From Candidatus Terraquivivens tengchongensis (GTDB lineage Archaea; Thermoproteota; Nitrososphaeria_A; Caldarchaeales; Wolframiiraptoraceae): DNA of 15,909 bases. Shown in pieces: positions 1 to 7,206 of this stretch (the stretch's first letter is position 1; each line of letters starts with the position of its first letter). Under the pieces are notes generated by a model, which ran no database searches, was not told where the DNA came from, and saw only the letters and a list, made by a program, of their open reading frames with translations. The translations under genes and the position numbers were made by a program. The stretch is from assembly GCA_023261845.1 (NCBI GenBank), contig JALNJZ010000011.1, positions 1-15,909 of the forward strand, in the 5' to 3' direction.

Positions 1-1976
1 AGACTCCATCATGAAGTACTCTCAAATCGTTTTGCAAAAGAATTATATCCGCAGATTCTTTCGCAACGTCAACAGCATTTTCTACAGATATACCAACATC
101 CGCCGTTCTTAACGAAGGTGCATCATTTATTCCATCCCCTAAGAATCCAACAACGTGTCCGTTATTTTTTAAAGCGTTTATTATTCTGTCTTTTTGGGCT
201 GGCGTAAGTCTGCAGAATACGTTGACCTCTTCAACGATCCTTGCGAGGGCGTCATCGCGTATGTGGGCGATTTCGCCTCCAGTGACAATCCCTTTTATGT
301 CAAAACCTAACTGCTCACAAACCTTCCTTGTTACTAGTTCATTGTCTCCTGTGAGGATTTTTAACTCTATGTTGGCATTTTTCAGAAGCTGTAAAGCCTC
401 CCTCGCCGTTTCTTTTGGTGGGTCAAGGAAGGCTATGAAGCCCAAGAACACCATTTCTTCTTCGTCGTTTGCCGTGTAAACAGGTTTATCCTCTCTTAAA
501 CGCTTATAGGCTACGGCCAAAACCCTATAACCTTCAGCACTAAGTTCCGCATATTTTTGCTCTATTTTTCTGCGTATTTCATCCGTTATGTCGGCTATAA
601 CTTCTTTCACCTCGTAATAAGAGCAGATTTTAACAACTTCTTCAGGGGCCCCTTTAGTTATCATAAACCGCTGATTCTGACGTTCAACAACTATTGATAG
701 ACGCTTACGGATGAAATCAAAAGGAACTTCGTCAACTTTCTTATAATCCTTAACATCCACATCTCTAAATCTTAATATGGCTTCGTCTAGTGGGCTTTTG
801 AGCCCGGTCTGATAGTAACTATTAAGGTAGGAATAGAGTAGAACTTTATCACTTCTGTTGCCGTTAAAGTCTACGTACAAGACAAGTTTTATACGATTTT
901 CTGTTAATGTTCCAGTTTTGTCCGTGCATAGAATATCCATGCTTCCAAAATTTTGTATGGATGCTAGGCGTTTTACAATTACACCTTTTTTAGCCATCGC
1001 CACAGCTCCTTTAGAGAGATTCACTGAAATTATCATTGGTAGAAGCTCCGGCGTTAAACCTACAGCTAAGGCCACAGCGAAAAGAAGTGAATCAAGCACG
1101 TTTCGCATTAGAAGGGCATTAATGAAAAACACAAACATGACCAACAAAAAAAATTACTTGTATTATCATATAACCAAAACTTCGAATACCTTTTTGGAAC
1201 TCCGTTTCTGGCTCCCTTTCCACAAGCCTCTTTGCAATCTTACCATACTCTGTTAAACTACCGGTCTTAACAACAACGGCGGTTGCTGTTCCGCTCACAA
1301 CCGAAGTTCCCATAAAAAGATAGTTGCTCCACTCCGTTATCGAAGGGCTGTAAGATTTCAGTTGTAAACTGACCTTCTCAACGGGAAAGGATTCTCCAGT
1401 CAACGCAGATTGATCCACGAACAGATCTTTTGCACTTATAACTCGGGCGTCTGCAGGTACAATATCGCCTGCTGAAAGAAATATTATGTCTCCAGGGACT
1501 ATCTCTGCAAGCTTAACTTCTCTTTTAACTCCATCCCTCAAAACTGTGGCAGTTGTCGCTACCCTCAGTTTCAGCATCTCAGCAGACTTTTCAGCCTTAG
1601 ATTCTTGATAAAAGTCCAATACTACGCTAAACATCACTATAGTTGATATAATAGCTGTGTTCACAACTTCTCCTAAAAAGCCGGAAATGAGTCCAGCGAT
1701 AAGAAGTATTATTATCAACGGGCTTTTGAAATGAGAAAAGAAATTAAGGATAGCCGTTCTCTTCTTTTTCCTAATAAGCTCATTAGAACCAAAAAATTTA
1801 AGACGTATGTTTACCTCCTCAGAAGAAAGTCCATTCATTGAAGACTTCAAGCGTGAAAGGAGCTCATCAACAGACAAAGTTAAAACTTCTTCAACATTCG
1901 GTAGAGTCCAACCTAAACTTTCATTAACGCCTGAACCTTTCACCCTCTGAACCTCACTATCCGTTTTCGCAAACAA
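1..1976 (-). pseudogene. mgtA: Mg2+-transporting P-type ATPase (MgtA/MgtB, P3B type), interrupted by a single +1 frameshift at 1146-1153; 3' end lies beyond the window. May be an intact gene with a sequencing error
   Basis: ORF 1976-1119 gives the N-terminal and actuator part (GDIVPAD, DQSALTGES). Hand translation of the +1 frame from about 1145 to base 2 is stop-free and reads VGLTPELLP, DKTGTLT, LNSYYQTGLKSPLD, VPFDFIRKRLS, KGAPEE, DPPKE, TGDN and GDGINDAP. Start codon uncertain (TTG 1976). Confidence 0.9.
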
Positions 1977-2023
1977 CCTCCAAAGTTGAGCTCTTTTTGT
2001 CTTAGAACCAAATCAATTCTATT

Positions 2024-2036
2024 CTATAAATCTTTT
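2024..2036 (-). promoter_or_regulatory. Putative BRE-TATA for mgtA
   Basis: Minus strand reads AAAAGA-TTTATAG about 50 nt upstream of the ORF start; GGAGG lies next to the TTG. Confidence 0.45.
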
Positions 2037-2162
2037 ATCATTCCATTTCAGGCGGGTAGGGCGTTTCCCTTTTACCACAGCTTTCATATTTAGCGTACTA
2101 CATTTAGGACGTCCATAACGATAAGTATGGGTCGGTGATTTGTTATTTTTCAGAGGTACTAG

Positions 2163-2249
2163 TGCGGCCGCCGGGGTTTGAACCCGGGACCTTGGGGCTT
2201 GCCCCTTGCGACGGGGCCCCCACGTCCTACCAGCCTAGACTACGGCCGC
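2163..2249 (-). tRNA. tRNA-Gly(CCC)-like gene with a 13-nt intron at 37/38 and an atypical anticodon loop; CCA not encoded
   Basis: GCGGCCG/CGGCCGC acceptor stem, A73, U8A9, D stem GTCT/GGAC with GG in the loop, anticodon stem TGGGG/CCCCA, variable loop AGGTC, T arm CCGGG-TTCAAAC-CCCGG. The body is typical of TACK tRNA-Gly. Anticodon CCC at 2215-2213. Confidence 0.85.
2199..2211 (-). other. tRNA intron TCGCAAGGGGCAA in a bulge-helix-bulge motif
   Basis: h = TGGGG/CCCCA; 3' bulge AA^G; central 4-bp helix GCCC/GGGC; 5' bulge CG^T; h' = one C-G pair closing a GCAA tetraloop. Cutting after the second base of each bulge removes 13 nt and restores a 7-nt loop and a 74-nt tRNA. Confidence 0.8.
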
Positions 2250-2299
2250 GGCATGCTTGGACAACACACGTTGATAATATTATAGGATAGAAAGGAATA

Positions 2300-2328
2300 A
2301 ATGTTACGGAAACGGGTTTGGTAACATT
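2300..2328. promoter_or_regulatory. Inverted repeat AATGTTAC-N13-GTAACATT, candidate operator in the divergent tRNA/PAC2 promoter region
   Basis: Perfect 8-bp arms at 2300-2307 and 2321-2328; the right arm overlaps the TATA-like TTAATTAA (2327-2334). Confidence 0.45.
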
Positions 2329-2364
2329 AATTAATCCGGAATGAAGTGTGGCGTTAGAAAAGGA

Positions 2365-3066
2365 ATGCTCGAGACAGACGTCGTTTTCGAGAAGGAATTA
2401 GAGGATTTCTATTCAGAAGATATTGTATTAATAGAGGGTCTGCCAGGTGTTGGCTTAGTGGCAAAGGTCGCTGTCTCTTACCTCTTAACCAAGCTTAACT
2501 TGAAAAGGGTATGCCGGCTATACTCGCCTTATTTTCCGAGTGTTGGTTTCATAAGGGATGGTAGGCTTGTGTTCAGCTTTAGCGATATCTATCTTGCAAA
2601 GTCGCCCAGACCTATGCTACTACTCTACGGGAACGCACAACCCATGACCAGTTATGGACAGTATGAGTTCTGCGAGAAGGTCTTGGATATTGCACAAAGG
2701 TTTGGATGTAAATTCGTCGTAACGCTAGGAGGTTATGGCAGGGAATTAGTATCGGATAAAAGGATGGTTTTCTGCTCATCAACAGACAGAAATGTGCTCG
2801 AAAGATGGATTAAGAAAATCGGTGGTCTAAGGTACTCAGGACAAATAATAGGGGTGGCAGGTCTGCTGGTTACGCTGGCAAGCATGAGAAACATGAGCGG
2901 CCTTTCAATACTTGTAGAGACTAACGGGCTGGCGCCGGACTTCTTCGGAGCTATGCGTGCTATAGAATCCCTGAACAAGCTTCTAGACATCAACATCCGA
3001 CCAAAGGACTTAGAAGAGCTTTCCAGTGCTTATGCGTTTGCAGAGATAGAATATGAGCGCCTCTAG
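2365..3066 (+). CDS. PAC2 family proteasome assembly chaperone (archaeal Pba type)
   Basis: LIEGLPGVGLVAKVA, LYSPYFP, GNAQP, YGQYEFC, VTLGGY, GQIIGVAGLL, LVET and PD motifs. ATG 2365 is preferred over 2341 because it lies about 30 nt after TTAATTAA. Confidence 0.88.
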   Translation: MLETDVVFEKELEDFYSEDIVLIEGLPGVGLVAKVAVSYLLTKLNLKRVCRLYSPYFPSVGFIRDGRLVFSFSDIYLAKSPRPMLLLYGNAQPMTSYGQYEFCEKVLDIAQRFGCKFVVTLGGYGRELVSDKRMVFCSSTDRNVLERWIKKIGGLRYSGQIIGVAGLLVTLASMRNMSGLSILVETNGLAPDFFGAMRAIESLNKLLDINIRPKDLEELSSAYAFAEIEYERL

Positions 3067-3107
3067 CGAATTGGACGAACGTTGCTAAGCACGAACCTTA
3101 GCCTCAA

Positions 3108-3530
3108 TCATTTTGTCTCTTCTTTGATGAATTCTTCAAAGACCTTTTGGACACGCTCAGCAGCAGGTCCAGACCCTTCGACCACGCCGCTCCTTGTTAC
3201 CCTGATCCTATCCATGACGAGTATGACGTCTGCCTCCTTGATGTATTTGACCATGTTCGGGAAAACACGGTTAAGCCTCTCTGCAAGCTTCTGCATGTCT
3301 ATTCCGGCCTCCATAGTCTCTATCATCAATATGTTGTTACCGGATAGGAACACCTTCGGAATTACGTTGCCACCTTCGTTTTTTACATCCGCGAGCCATA
3401 TGCTATAGTCTGAAGGGTTGTATGCTAAGAGCTTTCCCTCCAGCTTTATGCCCTGAACCGTTGATACCCTGACGACCTTATCTATGAGTGCCGCAAACTC
3501 GTCAGAGAATCTCTTAGATGCTAATGCCAT
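3108..3530 (-). CDS. Sm-like (Lsm) RNA-binding protein with C-terminal domain, SmAP3 type
   Basis: N-terminal Sm fold (LIDKVVRV, LEGKLLAYN, IWLADV, FLSGNNI) plus C-terminal LAERLNRVFPNMVKY and GSGPAAERV; 140 aa. Confidence 0.85.
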   Translation of the reverse strand: MALASKRFSDEFAALIDKVVRVSTVQGIKLEGKLLAYNPSDYSIWLADVKNEGGNVIPKVFLSGNNILMIETMEAGIDMQKLAERLNRVFPNMVKYIKEADVILVMDRIRVTRSGVVEGSGPAAERVQKVFEEFIKEETK

Positions 3531-3619
3531 GAGCCCAACCTCTCCAATTTTATTTGCTAAAGCTTAGATAAAAGCATAAAATGCAGGAATGACTTTGTAA
3601 TGAGGCTTCTTACCCAAAA

Positions 3620-4384
3620 TCATTCCTCCTCATCTTCATCCGCCTTGATTTTTGATTTTGTTGATTTACCTATTAAGGCGTCAAGCGGTTGCTTGATTAC
3701 TATACCAAAATCAGATTGTATGTCGAATGTGTATATTGTGGGGTCCATTTGTGACCATCGCATCTTTCTCACGTACAACGTCCTGACAAGTCTGCCGTCG
3801 AGCCTCGTTATGCCCATCACTATCACGCCTGAAGCGAGGAATTCCTCGTAACCGAATCTGCTTAATCCAGCAGAGCCCGTAGGTATGTCGGTGATGAGCA
3901 GAGTTGTAGCGTTGCAAACTTCCTCCAAATACGTTATGACTTCCCTCAGATACTCCCTAACATAAAATTCCTCTTTAGCTCCCATGGCAAGGGCCGAGAC
4001 AGGGTCCAGAACGATCCTTGATATAGGTCCGCCCCTGGTCACCTTTCTAATTGCCTCGATGAATGCCTTGCTCTCCTTTCCATACTTCCTAACTTCGGCT
4101 GCTTCGAGCCTTATCTCGAACGGATAGAAAAGGCCGCTCTTAACATAAGGCCAAAAGTTCCAGCCTAATGTTTCAGCACCCGTGAGGACGTTACCAACCC
4201 TCTCATCCAACGATACGTAAACACATGGCTCATTACGCAATAACCCATCTCTCAAAAACTGTAGGGCGAGTATGGTTTTACCAGCACCAGTCTCGCCGGT
4301 GATAAGATAGGTCCGTCCTTGGATGAAGCCGCCTCCTAGCATCTTGTCGAGTTTTGATACACCTGTCGAAACTCTTTGCAACAA
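3620..4384 (-). CDS. Single-domain KaiC/RAD55-like RecA-superfamily ATPase
   Basis: RVSTGVSKLDKMLGGG, Walker A GETGAGKT, Walker B IVLDPVS, C-terminal RTLYVRKMRWS. Confidence 0.9.
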   Translation of the reverse strand: MLQRVSTGVSKLDKMLGGGFIQGRTYLITGETGAGKTILALQFLRDGLLRNEPCVYVSLDERVGNVLTGAETLGWNFWPYVKSGLFYPFEIRLEAAEVRKYGKESKAFIEAIRKVTRGGPISRIVLDPVSALAMGAKEEFYVREYLREVITYLEEVCNATTLLITDIPTGSAGLSRFGYEEFLASGVIVMGITRLDGRLVRTLYVRKMRWSQMDPTIYTFDIQSDFGIVIKQPLDALIGKSTKSKIKADEDEEE

Positions 4385-4413
4385 AAGCAGTCGGTATATC
4401 AGACTACACTCGT

Positions 4414-4421
4414 CTTATAAA
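4414..4421 (-). promoter_or_regulatory. Putative TATA box for the KaiC-like gene
   Basis: TTTATAAG about 30 nt upstream of TTG 4384. Confidence 0.5.
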
Positions 4422-4425
4422 TATT

Positions 4426-5655
4426 CTACTGCTTGATCAAAGAGGTAAAGATATTCCTGATAAGCTCTAGGTCGGGTGCGACGTCTAAGAGTTCTAAGCC
4501 CTTGATCAACTCTGGGTTCGGGTCTTTCAACATGTTCCCCGTGCAAATACAGACGATAGTTTCGTTAGCATCAATCTCTCCGCTATCTATGAGTTTTTTG
4601 GTACCGGCTACCGATGCCGCTGCAGCAGGCTCCACGCCGATCCCCTCAAGGCTAGCCAGCATTCTTTGGGCCTCAATTATCTCAGCATCCGAGACCTTCG
4701 CGACAAGGCCGTCGGACTCTTTCACGGCCAACAGTGCCTTTTTCCAGTTTACCGGTCTCCCTATTCTTATGGCTGATGCTATGGTGTTAGGCATCTCAAC
4801 GGGTCTTAACGTATCGTACCCTTCCCTTACTAAATCGACGAATGGTGATGCACCCTCAGCCTGTATGCCAACCATCGATGGCGTACCATCCGTAAGGCCT
4901 ACTATCTCCATTTCCTTGAACCCTTTCCAAGCTGCCGCTATGTTTCCGCAGTTCCCTACAGGAAGTGCTACGTATCCCGGTACTTTACCAAGCTGGTCTA
5001 TTATTTCAAAGGCCACAGTTTTCTGCCCCTCAAGCCTCCACGGATTTATCGAGTTAAGCAGGTACGCTCCCACCTCCTCGACAACCTTCCATACTAAGCT
5101 CAAAGCCTCATCAAAAGTCCCGTCCAATCTAACCACTTTGGCACCGTACAACATGGCCTGAAACAGCTTGCCAATAGCGACGGTTTGCTTCGGCACAATT
5201 ACGATGCAAGGAATTCCAGCTCTAGCAGAGTATGCCGCAAGCGACGCAGCAGTATTGCCCGTCGATGCGCATACAACGCCCTTAACTCTAAGTTTTAACG
5301 CTTTTGTTATACCGATGCACATCCCTCTGTCCTTAAAGCTACCCGTGGGGTTCATACCCTCGTACTTGATGTAAACATCTTTAGCTCCCATCCACTTGCC
5401 AAGCTTCTCGCATTTATAGAGAGGCGTCCCACCCTCGTCCAGCGATATTATGTTGTTACTATCTTCGAACGGAAGCAATTCAAAGTATCTCCAAACATTA
5501 AGCTTCCTAGACCTAAACTTATCCCAAGAAATATTATCCAAACTCCTGAGGTCTATGTGAACTTCCAACAGGCCACCGCAATCGCATTTGTACTTTATAA
5601 CGTCCGCATCATAAATTGAATGACATTCTATACATTCCTGCCAAACTTTTTTCAT
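4426..5655 (-). CDS. thrC: Threonine synthase (PLP fold type II)
   Basis: N-terminal CxxC...CxC, EGGTPL, NPTGSFKDRG (PLP lysine), ASTGNTAAS, NPWRLEGQKT, PVGNCGN, TGNMLKDP. ATGA overlap with the upstream rbkR. Confidence 0.93.
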   Translation of the reverse strand: MKKVWQECIECHSIYDADVIKYKCDCGGLLEVHIDLRSLDNISWDKFRSRKLNVWRYFELLPFEDSNNIISLDEGGTPLYKCEKLGKWMGAKDVYIKYEGMNPTGSFKDRGMCIGITKALKLRVKGVVCASTGNTAASLAAYSARAGIPCIVIVPKQTVAIGKLFQAMLYGAKVVRLDGTFDEALSLVWKVVEEVGAYLLNSINPWRLEGQKTVAFEIIDQLGKVPGYVALPVGNCGNIAAAWKGFKEMEIVGLTDGTPSMVGIQAEGASPFVDLVREGYDTLRPVEMPNTIASAIRIGRPVNWKKALLAVKESDGLVAKVSDAEIIEAQRMLASLEGIGVEPAAAASVAGTKKLIDSGEIDANETIVCICTGNMLKDPNPELIKGLELLDVAPDLELIRNIFTSLIKQ

Positions 5656-6389
5656 AACTTTTCACATCCAACCTCAGTATTACTTACATTCACGAGATTG
5701 CTAAATAATGAAACTGGTTGGAGGCTTACCGTCAGTTTCACTTTATCGCCATCCTTAAGACCATGCTTCTCCCTAAGGTTATGCGGTGCCACAACTTCTA
5801 TCACGGATGTATCATGATGGGTTCTTTCTATGAAGAGTATAGCGCACTCATCTTCATCGTTAAAGAGCGCTTTTATGCACTTAGCACTACCATAACTTCT
5901 CTTCTCGTCCTTGAAGCCCTCTATTACTATATTAGCGACTTTTTCTAACAACATTCTTCCTTCTATAGCCGCACTCGATAAAAGCTTTATGTTAAGCGTA
6001 CCCAAGAATGGCTCAAAATCTAGCTTCTCTTTAATTTGGTTGTAGTAGCCCGACAGGCTGATGTAGTAAGCACCCTCACCAAGACCAGAAAATACTCTGC
6101 CCTCCAAAGTTATTTTTACGGGTCGCTCGAATATCCCCTTCAGCCTAACGTGCAAGTCAATCAATTCGTTCATTCCCTTTTCCGTTAATTTCACGTAAGT
6201 CTCCTTTCCGACAATTCTCCGTGTTATATAACCTTCCTTTTCTAGCTGAATGAGTAGTCTGGATGCTGTTTGTTGCGAAATGCTGAGTTGTTTCGCAAGC
6301 ATTGACGTAGTTATTCTAACTTCATGGGCAAAGGCATCGTTCTCTGCCAAGAATATCAGTATGCTCTCTTTTCCCTTTAGTAGCTTCAT
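5652..6389 (-). CDS. ribK: CTP-dependent riboflavin kinase with N-terminal wHTH (RbkR kinase/regulator)
   Basis: HTH segment ISQQTASRLLIQLE; kinase motifs GRVFSGLGEGAYY, PFLGTLN, ERTHH, EVVAPHNLR and LKDGD. Confidence 0.92.
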   Translation of the reverse strand: MKLLKGKESILIFLAENDAFAHEVRITTSMLAKQLSISQQTASRLLIQLEKEGYITRRIVGKETYVKLTEKGMNELIDLHVRLKGIFERPVKITLEGRVFSGLGEGAYYISLSGYYNQIKEKLDFEPFLGTLNIKLLSSAAIEGRMLLEKVANIVIEGFKDEKRSYGSAKCIKALFNDEDECAILFIERTHHDTSVIEVVAPHNLREKHGLKDGDKVKLTVSLQPVSLFSNLVNVSNTEVGCEKL

Positions 6390-6443
6390 ACAGGGTACCG
6401 ACCTAAAGGATTAACGCATTTTTCCTTAACATGTATGATGTTT

Positions 6444-7049
6444 TCATAGATTTATGGTTTCGTTAATCATCAGGCCCTTTTCAGTAAAAATAAGTATATC
6501 TATACCGTTCCCGCTTGCCGCATCTCTGGCTATTGACGCTTTAATCGCCTTTATGGATAAGTCATAAAGCTCCTTTGGTGTCATGTCCTGTCTATATTCA
6601 CTCTCAACAACCCCTATCGCTATCTCAGCGCCAGAACCTACAACGGCATAATCATCCTCTATCATGGAGCCTAACGGGTCTAATACTATAATGTGTGAAC
6701 CATCTTCATCAAACCCTCCGATCACACTCTCTGTTAAGTAAGGGAAAAACCTGCTACTGAATAGATAGGTGGAGAGAACCTTGGCCACGGTCTGAACTCT
6801 TGGCTCGATACGGTTCTCGATCCTGTAGAGATTTACCGCAGCCGTCGCATCCCTTATGAGCATCTGCATATCGGCGACAAACCCTGCACATGCCGCCCCT
6901 ATCTTTGGAGTTATCTGGAATACCTTTCTTACAGATTTGCTTATGACGAAGTAACCGTATGAAAGCCTCTTTTCAGAGGCTAAAGCGACCGCGCTCTTGC
7001 TTCTGATACCCAGTGTTGTCGCACCTGGGTACGGAAACTGAATACTCAA
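6444..7049 (-). CDS. psmB: 20S proteasome beta subunit, Ala at the Thr1 position (probably non-catalytic)
   Basis: PG-ATTLGI, LASEKR, RKVF, AGFVADMQ, LDPLGS, GSG and RDAASGNGID motifs. Confidence 0.92.
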   Translation of the reverse strand: MSIQFPYPGATTLGIRSKSAVALASEKRLSYGYFVISKSVRKVFQITPKIGAACAGFVADMQMLIRDATAAVNLYRIENRIEPRVQTVAKVLSTYLFSSRFFPYLTESVIGGFDEDGSHIIVLDPLGSMIEDDYAVVGSGAEIAIGVVESEYRQDMTPKELYDLSIKAIKASIARDAASGNGIDILIFTEKGLMINETINL

Positions 7050-7080
7050 ATTCCGTTCACCGGCTTTCTTTGTTTAATCG

Positions 7081-7103
7081 TATTTAAGCGACATACTTAA
7101 ATA
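7081..7103. promoter_or_regulatory. Inverted repeat TATTTAAG-N7-CTTAAATA (symmetrical TATA-like boxes) between divergent psmB and PAC2 #2
   Basis: Perfect 8-bp arms at 7081-7088 and 7096-7103. On the minus strand the left arm reads CTTAAATA, 32 nt upstream of the psmB TTG. Confidence 0.5.
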
Positions 7104-7206
7104 TTCACCATCTCATAAGGTTTTCCTTTTTTCACACTGATGACACCGATTCGCTTAATGGATTACTGAGGTTAAATAGTGGGATTAACAACTCGTTAAA
7201 CGAGGG

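Noticed and set aside
222-1256. Plus-strand ORFs 222-479 and 858-1256
   Set aside because: Antisense shadows of the mgtA reading frame with no recognisable motifs.
1977-2160. Mg2+ riboswitch or leader upstream of mgtA (small hairpin near 2055-2076)
   Set aside because: The hairpin lies upstream of the presumed TATA, and no M-box or mgtA leader features are recognisable.
2201-2217. Calling the tRNA as Ala(CGC) from the GU-CGC-AA loop
   Set aside because: It needs a 10-bp bulged anticodon arm, the acceptor stem lacks G3-U70, and the BHB geometry places this loop mostly in the intron.
3620-4384. Circadian KaiC or RadA recombinase call
   Set aside because: Single domain, no KaiC phosphosite pair, no kaiA/kaiB, and no RadA N-terminal domain.
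4433-5374. Long plus-strand ORFs 4433-5161 and 5168-5374
   Set aside because: Antisense to thrC. The same reasoning applies to the other short ORFs overlapping called genes.
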